Assembly (NCBI GenBank): GCA_018062965.1
Contig: JAGORG010000006.1
Span: forward strand, 1-56,559
DNA from: Minisyncoccota bacterium
GTDB taxonomy: Bacteria > Patescibacteriota > Minisyncoccia > Phycocordibacterales > UBA5272
DNA length: 56,559 nt
Reading direction: 5' to 3'
Shown: in pieces, positions 17,006-26,958 of the stretch
How positions within the stretch are numbered: position 1 is the first letter of the stretch
Layout of the letters: every line of letters starts with the position of its first letter
Notes under the pieces: generated by a model
Database searches by the model: none
The model's input: only the letters and a program-made list of their open reading frames with translations
Told to the model about the DNA's origin: nothing
Made by a program: the position numbers and the translations under genes

Positions 17006-18709
17006 ATGAATTCGTATGAATTAATCAGAGACGCGATTACACGTTTCATGGAAGAAAAAGGGGCTGCAGGTTCTTTTTCTCTTGACCAACCAGAAGATGT
17101 GGCGCATGGAGACTATGCAACTAATGCTGCATTTCTTTTGTCTAAAACGGTAGGACATTCACCTAAAGAATCCGCTGAAATGATGGTGGATAGTTTGCGC
17201 GGTGAACTATCTGAAACAGTGGAGCGCATCGAGATAGCAGGACCTGGGTTTATCAACTTCTATCTTCATGATGACGTACGAACAGATGAAGCAGAGGTGG
17301 TTGCGCTCAGTGATATTTCAAATACGTCTGGAAAAGGAAAGGTGATCGTTGAATACACAGATCCTAATCCGTTTAAACTATTTCATATCGGACATCTTGT
17401 GCCAAACGCAATCGGGGAATCTGTCGCTCGTATCTATGAAGCAGTTGGATACGATGTGACTCGTGTCTGCTATCAAGGAGATGTTGGTATGCATGTCGCT
17501 ACTACACTGTGGGGACTACAGCATCTTGGTGAAAGTTTTCCAGAAGAGAGTATTTCTTTGAAAGATAAAGTTGCGTATCTTGGCCGTGCGTATGCATACG
17601 GTACACAAGCTCTCGCGGAGAATGTATCCATAAAAGATGAGATTGTTACGCTCAACAAAAAGATATTTGCTCGAAGTGACGACGAGACAAACCGTGTATA
17701 TGATCTAGGTAAACAGTGGAGTCTGGATTATTTTGAAACACTCTACAAAAAACTTGGCACAACATTTGATCATTATATTTTTGAAAGTGAAGTAGGGGAT
17801 GATGGTATTCGCATTGTTCGAGAAAATATCGGAAAGGTATTTGAAGAATCAGATGGAGCGGTTGTCTTTAAGGGTGAAGATGTTGGATTGCATACTCGTG
17901 TGTTTATCAACTCACAAGGTCTTCCAACATACGAAGCTAAAGAGCTTGGAAATACCTATAAGAAGCAATCACTTGTTCCTGACGCAGAGCTTTCTGTTGT
18001 TGTAACAGCAAAAGAAATAGACGAATACTTTAAAGTTATTAAGGCAGTTCTTGATCAGATAGATAAACCTCTTGCAGACAAACTTCTCCATGTTTCTCAT
18101 GGCATGCTCCGTCTACCTGAAGGTAAGATGTCATCACGTAAAGGAAACGTCATTCCAGCTGAAGAGTTGATAGATATGGTGAGTGAAAAGATAACTGCAA
18201 GAATCGAAGACATGAAAGTAGATGCTGGTGACAAAGCGGCTCTTGTGAATGACATCGCAGTCGGTGCTATCAAATTTTCTATCCTCAAGTCTGCTCCTGG
18301 GAAAGATATGATTTTCGATTTTGAAAAGTCGCTCTCATTTGAAGGGGACTCAGGGCCGTACCTACAGTACACACACGCTCGACTCTCTGCATTGTTGGAC
18401 AAGGCTCATGCTGCCGCAATAGATATGGAGAGTTATGCAGTAGAATCACCAGAGCGAGCGCTTGAACAAGCAATTATTGGGTACACACAAGTGATTGAAA
18501 AAGCACACAAAGAACGTGGACCTCATCATATTGTTCAACATCTACTCGTGCTCACACGAGCATTTAATAACATGTATGGACGCGTACAGATTGTTGATGT
18601 AGAACACAAAGATACAAGTGGTTACTACTGCATGCTTGCACAAGCTACAAAAAATATTCTTGCACACGGGCTACGTACACTTGGTATCAAAGCCCCAGAG
18701 AGGATGTAG
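17006..18709 (+). CDS. argS: arginine--tRNA ligase
   Basis: Class I motifs NPFKLFHIGH and MSSRKG plus a C-terminal DALR-type domain. ATG 17006 was chosen because the longer ORF overlaps the convergent gene. Confidence 0.85.
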   Translation: MNSYELIRDAITRFMEEKGAAGSFSLDQPEDVAHGDYATNAAFLLSKTVGHSPKESAEMMVDSLRGELSETVERIEIAGPGFINFYLHDDVRTDEAEVVALSDISNTSGKGKVIVEYTDPNPFKLFHIGHLVPNAIGESVARIYEAVGYDVTRVCYQGDVGMHVATTLWGLQHLGESFPEESISLKDKVAYLGRAYAYGTQALAENVSIKDEIVTLNKKIFARSDDETNRVYDLGKQWSLDYFETLYKKLGTTFDHYIFESEVGDDGIRIVRENIGKVFEESDGAVVFKGEDVGLHTRVFINSQGLPTYEAKELGNTYKKQSLVPDAELSVVVTAKEIDEYFKVIKAVLDQIDKPLADKLLHVSHGMLRLPEGKMSSRKGNVIPAEELIDMVSEKITARIEDMKVDAGDKAALVNDIAVGAIKFSILKSAPGKDMIFDFEKSLSFEGDSGPYLQYTHARLSALLDKAHAAAIDMESYAVESPERALEQAIIGYTQVIEKAHKERGPHHIVQHLLVLTRAFNNMYGRVQIVDVEHKDTSGYYCMLAQATKNILAHGLRTLGIKAPERM

Positions 18710-18894
18710 ACAAAAAATTGATATCTACTAAGTTGGAACCAAGATACCGGCCAAGTTTGGTCTGTTCAAAGTAATTTGGTTCCTTCCTGTTTGTCAAACG
18801 TGCAACATGGAGCAAGTATTTTTTCATAGATTAATTAATAATATATGGTAAATATCAAGTCCTGGTTTGTTAGTTATGTTACACTTACATCATA

Positions 18895-19740
18895 ATGAAA
18901 AAATACGCTACACCGTTTCTTTTTTTTGTCTTTGCTATCTCAACAGTGCAAGCTCTTACTCCAGGCCTTAAGCTGACAGCAACAGGAAATGGAGATTCTG
19001 TGTTAATTGAGACAATAGGAGAACCTAATGTTCCAGTCGAACTTTACTACACATCAACGAAAGCCACTATGGAGAAGGTAACTCTCGGCACAACAGACGC
19101 CCAAGGTATCTTCTCTAAAGTCATAAGCACTGCTACATACTCCATTGATTCTTATTATAAAGTTACCTTGGTTGTTGGGTATCAAGAATTTCAAGATCAA
19201 AAATGGCCGTACAGGACTCGTCCACCATCACCGCCAATCCGTGTGAGTCCTGCAATTGTAACATTAACTCCCGGAGAGAAATCAACAATTGCCATTACTG
19301 GCGGGGGAGAACCTGATTCAATCCCATCGGTTACTTTTACTACTAGTGAGACCAAAGTCGCAGACCCATACTCCTTTGCAGATGATATGAAAAGTGTAGT
19401 TCTTATTGCTAAAAGTATAGGTACTACCACTATTCAAATTTGTCTTGATGATGCTTGTGCATCTGTGTTTGTGGTAGTTAAAAACGAAAAAGTCCAGACA
19501 CCTTTTTCATCCGGAACAGATACTAAGTTTATTTTTAGCCAAACGATGTCGCTGGGGTCAACTGGACCCGAAGTTGTTGAGCTACAAAAATTTCTTATTC
19601 GCCAAAAGTACCTCAAAAGTACAGCAACAGGATACTATGGTAACCTGACTATTGCTGCTGTGAGAAAATTCCAGAAAAATGCAGGTATTTCTCAAACAGG
19701 GGCGATTGGACCGGTAACACGAAGTTTCCTTAACAGGTAA
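18895..19740 (+). CDS. secreted protein with Ig-like segment and C-terminal peptidoglycan-binding domain
   Basis: Signal peptide. C-terminus GSTGPEVVELQKFL...YYGNLTIAAVRKFQKNAGISQTGAIG is PG_binding_1-like. Confidence 0.7.
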   Translation: MKKYATPFLFFVFAISTVQALTPGLKLTATGNGDSVLIETIGEPNVPVELYYTSTKATMEKVTLGTTDAQGIFSKVISTATYSIDSYYKVTLVVGYQEFQDQKWPYRTRPPSPPIRVSPAIVTLTPGEKSTIAITGGGEPDSIPSVTFTTSETKVADPYSFADDMKSVVLIAKSIGTTTIQICLDDACASVFVVVKNEKVQTPFSSGTDTKFIFSQTMSLGSTGPEVVELQKFLIRQKYLKSTATGYYGNLTIAAVRKFQKNAGISQTGAIGPVTRSFLNR

Positions 19741-19800
19741 GAGATACACGCTACTGCTCACCACATTGCTTTTATGTGTATTTGTTGTAATATAAATACA

Positions 19801-19978
19801 TAGCGTCGACGGGACTAATCACCCCTGAGCTTCGGGAAGAAAACCACATTGGCTAGTAGAACCCACAAATAAGGTCTGTGTATACAGATAAAACAAGGTG
19901 GTACCACGGGAATCAGCAGAAACTCGTCCTTGAGAAGCAATTCGTATGAATTGTTTTCCAAGGACGAGTTTTTATTTT
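19801..19978 (+). promoter_or_regulatory. T-box leader upstream of ileS
   Basis: T-box core aaGGTGGTACCaCGgg at 19895-19910. Terminator aactcgtccttg...caaggacgagtt plus a T-run. Candidate AUC(A) specifier at 19818-19821. Confidence 0.7.
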
Positions 19979-19996
19979 TATAACCAACATATATTC

Positions 19997-22900
19997 ATGG
20001 CAGAACAACCTAAACAAAAAACAATCAACGAAAAAGAACTCGAAACTCTCGCCTCATGGCAAGAGAACGAGATTTTTGAAAAGTCAGTTGCAACCCCAGC
20101 AGGCGAATCGCCTCGTGGACAGTTTTCGTTTTATGATGGTCCACCATTTGCAACAGGTATGCCACACCATGGGACGCTCATGGCAGGTACGGTGAAGGAT
20201 GTTATCCCTCGTTATCAAACCATGAAAGGTAACAGTGTTCGTCGTGTGTGGGGGTGGGACTGCCATGGTCTGCCAATTGAAAACCTCATCGAGAAAAAAC
20301 TTGGACTTCAGTCAAAGAAAGACATCGAAGAGTATGGAATAGACAAGTTCAATAAAGACGCATTTGATAGCGTGCTTCAATACGAAGCAGAATGGAAGAA
20401 AGTGATTCCTCGATTGGGTAGATTTGTCGACATGGAACATCCGTACAAGACGATGGATGCAACATACACTGAAAGTATTTGGTGGGCATGGAAACAGCTC
20501 ATGGAAAAAGGTCTTGCATATGAAGGTCACAAGATGATGCATATTTGTCCGAGATGTGAGACACCGCTTGCTCAGTCAGAAGTTGGGCTTGAGTATCATG
20601 ACGTTACTGACTTGTCTGTTACGGCGGAGTTTGAGCTCGTAGATGAGCCTGGTACGTTTGTGCTTGCATGGACAACAACACCGTGGACGCTTCCTGGAAA
20701 TACTGCGCTTGCCGTAAATAAGACAATTGCGTATGTAAAAGTGAAAAGTACTTTCGAAGACAAAACTAATTATTTTATTCTCGCAAAAAGTAAGGTAGAA
20801 GAATATTTTAAAGACAGTGCATTGATTGAAGTTGTGGAAGAATTTACTGGCGTTGCACTGATTGGAAAATCATATAAACCAGTTTTCTCATATTTCAAAA
20901 ATACAGAGATTGAAAACAAAGAAAATATCTGGAAAATTTGGCATGCAGATTTTATAACTGAAGATGCAGGTACTGGTATCGCGCACGAAGCACCAGCCTT
21001 TGGTGCAGAAGACATGGAACTCGCCAAGGCAAATAATATCCCAGTGATTAAGCATGTAAAGATGGATGGAACATTTATCGACGTGGTGACTGACTTTGCT
21101 GGCATGAAAGTAAAAGTAAAAGATGATACACAGTCTGCTGACATTGAAATCATCAAATACCTCGCACACAACGGAACTCTATTTGAAAAACATAAAATTA
21201 TTCACTCATATCCACTTTGCTGGCGATGTAAAACACCGCTTCTTAACTACGCAACAAGTAGCTGGTTCGTTGATGTTCCAAAGATGAAAGAAAAGCTTCT
21301 TTCAGAAAATCAGAGTATCGGGTGGACACCAGAACATATTCGCGATGGGCGATTTGGTAAATGGCTAGAAGGTGCTCGCGAGTGGGCTGTTTCCCGTACA
21401 CGGTACTGGGGCGCACCGCTTCCTGTGTGGAAGAACGCAGACGGAAGCGAACTAAAAGTGATTGGATCTCTCAAGGAGTTGGCTCATAATAGACTTCCTA
21501 AAAATACATACTATGTGATGCGACATGGTCAGGCACAGAGTAATGTACGGGGGATTATTGAAGTAGGAGACGATATAACAAACACACTTACCGACGAAGG
21601 AAAAGCTCACATAGAAGAACAATCTCAAGCTCTGCGAGAACATCATATCGATATGATTGTCGCTTCTCCTGTACTTCGTTCTATGCAAACTGCGGAAATC
21701 GTGAGCCGTGTTCTCGGTGGTGTTCCAGTCGTGTGCGATGATCGTTTACGAGAAAACAACGTTGGAGTATTTAACGGAAAAACAATTGACGAGTATCTAG
21801 CTTCAGAAGGTTCAACTGACTTTCTTCGCATGAAGCATCGCCCAGAAGGAGGGGAGACGCATGAAGAAATACAGAATCGCATGATGGCAGTGTTTATGGA
21901 TTGCGAAAAGGAACATGTTGGCAAAACCATTCTGTTCATTAGTCACGGTGGACCGCTTCGTATGTTAATTGCGGGCACTGCTCTTAAGACAGAGGAAGAA
22001 ATTCTTGCTGATGAAATGGAAGAGCATACACAAATGTATTTGAAAAATGGAGAGTTTCAAAAACTTGATGAAGTTTACTTGGTGCCACGAGATGAAACAG
22101 GTGCTGTTAATCTGCATCGTCCATATATTGACGATGTGACATTTGTAGACAGTAAAGGTGAAACAATGAAGCGTATACCAGATGTGTTTGATTGTTGGTT
22201 TGAATCAGGGTCTATGCCATTTGCTTCCCTTCATTATCCGTTTGAGAACAAAGACATATTTGATAAAAATTATCCAGCAGATTTCATTGCAGAGAGTATG
22301 GATCAAACACGAGGGTGGTTCTACTCACTCATTAATCTTGGTGTTGGGCTCTTTGATAAAGCGCCATACAAACATGTTATCTGTAACGGACTTATTAACG
22401 GAGCTGATGGTCAAAAGATTTCAAAGAGTCTTGGAAATTACACAGACCCACTTCTTTTGGTTGAAAAGTTTGGCGCGGACGCTTTCCGTTACTACATGAT
22501 GTCGAGTCCTGTTATCAAGGGAGAAAGTGTTAACTTCAAAGATACTGAACTCGAAGACGTATACAAGAAACTCATTATGCGTCTTGAAAATGTTTTGTCA
22601 TTATATGAAATGAACAAACCAGCCAGTGTGTCGCGAAGTGCTGCATCAGAAGATGTTCTTGATACATGGATTATTAGCCGTGTACATGAAGTAGTCAAGG
22701 CTACGACGGATGGGTACGAACAGTACAAGCTTGATGAAGCGGTACGACCGGTTGATCAGTTCGTGGATGATCTTTCTGTGTGGTATGTTCGTCGTGCTCG
22801 TTCACGTCTTAAGGGGGACGAAGGGGAGGATGTGCGCAATCGTACATACGAAACGCTCTCATATGTACTACATACATTTGCTCGTACGATTGCTCCTGTT

Positions 22901-23449
22901 ATGCCGTTTATAGCAGAGCGTATATACACAATCGTTGCAGGTGAAAAAGAATCTGTGCATCTTGAGTCATGGCCTGGGGTGGGTGTAACCGATGGAGATG
23001 TGATAGCGCGCATGAAAACAGCGCGAGAGGTTGTATCAAGTGCTCTTATGAAAAGAACTGAGAGTAAAATCGCTGTTAGACAACCACTTGCAACACTTAC
23101 TATCACTGAAGATTTACCAGAAAGCTATCTCTCTATTATCCAAGAAGAAGTGAACGTAAAAGCTGTTACTGTTGGAGCTGAGCTATCGCTTGATACAACG
23201 ATAACAGAAGACCTTCGTATTGAAGGGGATATTCGAAACCTTATGCGCGCAGTACAAGACAAGAGAAAAGAGATGAATCTTTCCCCAAAAGATGGTATCT
23301 CTCTTACCCTTCAAACACCGTACGACCTTGGAGATGTTTCAGAACTTTCTCGTGTATGTAACATACAAACTATTTCACGCAGTGATACTTCACAAGAAAC
23401 AGAAGTTGCTTTGTCACAAGGCTCTGCCTCGTTTACTATTACGCTCTAA
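19997..23449 (+). CDS. ileS: isoleucine--tRNA ligase (type 2) with an inserted histidine-phosphatase domain
   Basis: GPPFATGMPHHGT and KISKS motifs plus a CP1 editing region. About 200 extra aa at roughly 21490-22110 carry the RHG and SHGG motifs. Confidence 0.9.
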   Translation: MAEQPKQKTINEKELETLASWQENEIFEKSVATPAGESPRGQFSFYDGPPFATGMPHHGTLMAGTVKDVIPRYQTMKGNSVRRVWGWDCHGLPIENLIEKKLGLQSKKDIEEYGIDKFNKDAFDSVLQYEAEWKKVIPRLGRFVDMEHPYKTMDATYTESIWWAWKQLMEKGLAYEGHKMMHICPRCETPLAQSEVGLEYHDVTDLSVTAEFELVDEPGTFVLAWTTTPWTLPGNTALAVNKTIAYVKVKSTFEDKTNYFILAKSKVEEYFKDSALIEVVEEFTGVALIGKSYKPVFSYFKNTEIENKENIWKIWHADFITEDAGTGIAHEAPAFGAEDMELAKANNIPVIKHVKMDGTFIDVVTDFAGMKVKVKDDTQSADIEIIKYLAHNGTLFEKHKIIHSYPLCWRCKTPLLNYATSSWFVDVPKMKEKLLSENQSIGWTPEHIRDGRFGKWLEGAREWAVSRTRYWGAPLPVWKNADGSELKVIGSLKELAHNRLPKNTYYVMRHGQAQSNVRGIIEVGDDITNTLTDEGKAHIEEQSQALREHHIDMIVASPVLRSMQTAEIVSRVLGGVPVVCDDRLRENNVGVFNGKTIDEYLASEGSTDFLRMKHRPEGGETHEEIQNRMMAVFMDCEKEHVGKTILFISHGGPLRMLIAGTALKTEEEILADEMEEHTQMYLKNGEFQKLDEVYLVPRDETGAVNLHRPYIDDVTFVDSKGETMKRIPDVFDCWFESGSMPFASLHYPFENKDIFDKNYPADFIAESMDQTRGWFYSLINLGVGLFDKAPYKHVICNGLINGADGQKISKSLGNYTDPLLLVEKFGADAFRYYMMSSPVIKGESVNFKDTELEDVYKKLIMRLENVLSLYEMNKPASVSRSAASEDVLDTWIISRVHEVVKATTDGYEQYKLDEAVRPVDQFVDDLSVWYVRRARSRLKGDEGEDVRNRTYETLSYVLHTFARTIAPVMPFIAERIYTIVAGEKESVHLESWPGVGVTDGDVIARMKTAREVVSSALMKRTESKIAVRQPLATLTITEDLPESYLSIIQEEVNVKAVTVGAELSLDTTITEDLRIEGDIRNLMRAVQDKRKEMNLSPKDGISLTLQTPYDLGDVSELSRVCNIQTISRSDTSQETEVALSQGSASFTITL

Positions 23450-24003
23450 TGGCTATAGACAAGTACACTACCAAAAGTATTGTGTTGGCGTCATACCCGC
23501 AAGGCGAACATGACCGGGTGTACAAACTTTTTACTCGTGACTTTGGTATGGTTATGGCTCATGCAAAAAGCATTAGAAGATTAGAGAGTAAATTGCGTTC
23601 CCATGTTGAACCAGGGAACCTTAGTGTTGTTACTTTGGTTAAAGGTCGCGACATATGGCGTCTAGTTGGTGCTGAACGCGAATATATAACATCGCCGTAC
23701 CTACCTCTCATCACAGCCCTCCTTGCGCGATTCATACAAGGAGAAGGCACGTATAAGGCGCTCTATGATCGCATCGTACAGGTACTTGCTGTTGCTCCAT
23801 CGTACGATAAAGACATAACGCACATCCTCGTTTACTACGTCCTTCTTGTTGGTCTGGGGTATGCAGATGCTCGAGTGATCGGCACCAAAGACATTAACGA
23901 ATACGTCACATGGTCAGCAGATGATTTGTATACACATATGGTTCTTCGCAAACAAGAGGTGAGAACCCATGTGCATATGGTGCTTAAGGAAATGCAGCTC
24001 TAA
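23449..24003 (+). CDS. recO: DNA repair protein RecO (short form)
   Basis: N-terminal OB-fold pattern SIVLASYPQGEHDRVYKLFTRDFGMVMAHAKSIRR. The start overlaps the ileS stop (TAATG). Confidence 0.65.
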   Translation: MAIDKYTTKSIVLASYPQGEHDRVYKLFTRDFGMVMAHAKSIRRLESKLRSHVEPGNLSVVTLVKGRDIWRLVGAEREYITSPYLPLITALLARFIQGEGTYKALYDRIVQVLAVAPSYDKDITHILVYYVLLVGLGYADARVIGTKDINEYVTWSADDLYTHMVLRKQEVRTHVHMVLKEMQL

Positions 24004-24029
24004 TAGTAAAGTCTTGGTATACTAAGAAG

Positions 24030-25889
24030 ATGAACAATGAGAAAAAAAGCTCGCTTGAAAAACTGGAAGGAGCGCTGTATGACAGAGGGAGAGAGGAGGT
24101 TACACCACAAGTTCACGGTATACGAACAGCTCGCAATGAAGACGTTCCAACATCCTGGGGTGAGCGCACCGCAGCTGTTACTCCAACCAAAGAAGAAAAA
24201 GGTCTTTCTTTCGGTGCTAGGTTTTTAATCGCCTCAACGGCACTTCTTGTATGTGCAATACTTTTTACGGTATGGCGTGTTGTTTCACTTCGAAATGTAG
24301 TTTCTTCTGCAAACATTGATATCGTAGTTGATTCAACGCCATATATTGAAGGAGGGGAAAATCTTCCAGTTTCGGTAAGTATCAATAACAGAAACACAAT
24401 CGATCTCAAAGAAGCGACGCTTAGCTTTTCATATGACAAAGGAGTAGGTGAAGCTGAGGAGCAACAAAAAATAACTGAAAAACGAGTACTCGGAGATATA
24501 CCAACCAATCAACTCAAAAAAGAAAACTTTGATGTTGTTGTATACGGTGAAGAATCAACAACCCGAGATCTTATTGCTAAACTCGAGTACAAAATAGATG
24601 GGTCAAACGCACTTTTTAGTAAAGTGGTGACGGGTTCTGTAGTACTCAAATCTCCTCCAGTATCTGTTACGTTAGACGGTCCGGTATCACTCACTCCAGG
24701 GCAGCTTGGTATCTATACATTGCGTGTTCGTAACAACTCTACATCTCCAAGTCTTCCTCTTAAGCTTGTTTTCAATACACCGCTTACATTTACAAAAGAC
24801 ACTGTTTCTCCAAAACAAACATCTTCTCGTGAAATAAGTTGGAACATAGAACCGCTCACTCCGGGGGAATCAAAGACATACACAGTGTCTGGGTCGTTTA
24901 CTGGTGGAGGAGGTGAAAGTCTCGTTCTTAAAGCCGTAGCTGGAAGTGCGCAAGGTAGTGGAGATATACAAGTTGTATTCTCACAAGTTACAAAAGATAT
25001 CACATTGCGAGCCACCCCGCTCAAGCTCGGAATATTTGCCGATAGTGATAGAGGAGATGTTTCGTCACTTCGTTTCGGAGATCGCCCGACTATTACAGTT
25101 ACATACGAAAACGCAAGTCAGCAAACACTTCGCAATGTAGAGCTCGAAGCAATTCTCGGTGGGGATGCTGCGGTCGCTAGCGAAATTAGTCCTGAGAATG
25201 GATACTATAACTCTGTAGCGAGAAGTATTGTTTGGAATAAGGCAACATTTCCAGAGTTAGAAAATGTTCGCCCAGGAGCAAAGGGTGCTGTTCGTGTCAT
25301 TGTACCAATAGTTACTCAAGGAGCAGTTAATCCATCCCTTCGTTTGGATGTTATAGGTAGAGCAGACATACTAGAGCCGCTAGATGTACAAACAAGCAGT
25401 AGCAAGTCGTGGGCAGTACAGGGAGCAGCAAGTATAAACGGCTGGACATCGTACAAGGATTCACCTTTTGCAAATAGCGGACCACTCCCACCAAAAGCAA
25501 ACATCCCAACTACATATACACTTCATCTTGTTGCTTCATCTCAAAATACGCTTGCTGGTACAAAGGTTTCATTTATTCTTCCTGTGTATGTTACGTGGCA
25601 AAATGTGTTTACAAGTAACGCTAACATTACCTACAACGCAAATACTCGTACGGTGACGTGGAATGTAGGTACCTTACAAGGTGGAAAAACAGTTGCTGCG
25701 GATATTCAGGTATCGGTTCGTCCTTCGCTTAGTCATGTGGGGACGTCTCCTTCAATAACATCAGGAATAACCCTCGATGCCGAAGAGGCTGATTCAAAGG
25801 CTCGCATCAAAAATACACTTAATCCGCTTACAACAGCTCTTTCTCGAGAAGTTGGTGGCGCGCAAGTCTCTCGTGTCGTTTCTGAATAA
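24030..25889 (+). CDS. hypothetical membrane-anchored, beta-rich extracellular protein
   Basis: 619-aa ORF with one N-terminal TM and repeated beta-strand-rich segments. Confidence 0.7.
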   Translation: MNNEKKSSLEKLEGALYDRGREEVTPQVHGIRTARNEDVPTSWGERTAAVTPTKEEKGLSFGARFLIASTALLVCAILFTVWRVVSLRNVVSSANIDIVVDSTPYIEGGENLPVSVSINNRNTIDLKEATLSFSYDKGVGEAEEQQKITEKRVLGDIPTNQLKKENFDVVVYGEESTTRDLIAKLEYKIDGSNALFSKVVTGSVVLKSPPVSVTLDGPVSLTPGQLGIYTLRVRNNSTSPSLPLKLVFNTPLTFTKDTVSPKQTSSREISWNIEPLTPGESKTYTVSGSFTGGGGESLVLKAVAGSAQGSGDIQVVFSQVTKDITLRATPLKLGIFADSDRGDVSSLRFGDRPTITVTYENASQQTLRNVELEAILGGDAAVASEISPENGYYNSVARSIVWNKATFPELENVRPGAKGAVRVIVPIVTQGAVNPSLRLDVIGRADILEPLDVQTSSSKSWAVQGAASINGWTSYKDSPFANSGPLPPKANIPTTYTLHLVASSQNTLAGTKVSFILPVYVTWQNVFTSNANITYNANTRTVTWNVGTLQGGKTVAADIQVSVRPSLSHVGTSPSITSGITLDAEEADSKARIKNTLNPLTTALSREVGGAQVSRVVSE

Positions 25890-25908
25890 TCTGTGTTAGG
25901 ATTAGGGT

Positions 25909-26958
25909 ATGAACGAAAAAACATATGTCTCCATTTCTACGGGGAGTGTCCTTAAAATTATAGGGATTTTGGTGTTTGCTTGGGCGCTCTTTTACGTGCG
26001 AGATTTTGTCGTGGCGCTCTTGGTTGCTGTTGTTTTGGCATCTGCCGCAGAACCGCCTGTTCGTCTTCTTTCAAAGTATGGCGTACCACGTGGTCTTGCT
26101 GTTGGAATTTTATTCTTGTCATTGTTTGCAATCATTGCCGCTGTTGCGCTTATCTTTATTCCGCCACTCGCAGACGACGTAGCTCGATTCGTCCGTACAC
26201 TTCCACAGCTTTTGGAGTCTATACGCATCTTTGGAAAAGATATGGGATTCGGAGACTTGGCTGCATCACTTAATACACTCTCTCAAGATATTTCAAAAGG
26301 GCAGATTCTTACAGTTCTCAAAAATACATTCTTTGGTTCAACTGGTGTCTTTGCAACATCCGCTGCTGTTATCAGTAGTGTATTTAACCTTGTTATTACG
26401 TTTGTGCTTGCATTTTATCTCGCACTCGAAGAACGTGGTGTGCAAAAGTTTCTTAGACTTATTGTTCCACGATCACATGAACTATACATTGAAGATCTCT
26501 GGAGTCGTGCTCAGCGAAAGATTTCTCTTTGGATGCAAGGGCAACTACTCCTTTCATTCCTTGTTGCGCTTCTTGTGTATGTTCCGATGCTTATCTTGAG
26601 TATGCCGTACGCTGCGCTTCTCGCTGTGCTTGCATTTGCTGGTGAACTTATCCCGATGGTTGGGCTTACGCTTGCAACTATTCCTGCGCTTGCTATCGCA
26701 TGGACTCATGGCGGACTGCCTCTCCTTGGTATTGTTGCGATTATCTACTTTATTATCGCTCAACTTGAAAACCATGTGCTCTACCCAAAGGTGATGAACA
26801 AAATGGTGGGTGTGCCTTCGGTTATTGTTATCATCGCGCTTATCATTGGAGCAAAGTTTGCAGGTATCTGGGGTATCATTCTCTCTGTTCCGCTCGCGTC
26901 TATCTTCATGGAATTCATAGGAGATATGGAAAAGAAGAAAACATCACATGGTGAATAA
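25909..26958 (+). CDS. AI-2E family (PerM/UPF0118) transporter
   Basis: 349 aa with about 8 TM segments. The layout and the C-terminal GIWGIILSVPLAS segment are typical of the family. Confidence 0.7.
   Translation: MNEKTYVSISTGSVLKIIGILVFAWALFYVRDFVVALLVAVVLASAAEPPVRLLSKYGVPRGLAVGILFLSLFAIIAAVALIFIPPLADDVARFVRTLPQLLESIRIFGKDMGFGDLAASLNTLSQDISKGQILTVLKNTFFGSTGVFATSAAVISSVFNLVITFVLAFYLALEERGVQKFLRLIVPRSHELYIEDLWSRAQRKISLWMQGQLLLSFLVALLVYVPMLILSMPYAALLAVLAFAGELIPMVGLTLATIPALAIAWTHGGLPLLGIVAIIYFIIAQLENHVLYPKVMNKMVGVPSVIVIIALIIGAKFAGIWGIILSVPLASIFMEFIGDMEKKKTSHGE

Noticed and set aside
18710-18894. Regulatory RNA in the argS-downstream spacer (ggaaccaa...ttggttcc pairing)
   Set aside because: It has only one 8-bp long-range pairing with a large loop, no T-run and no second copy. 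The evidence is insufficient.
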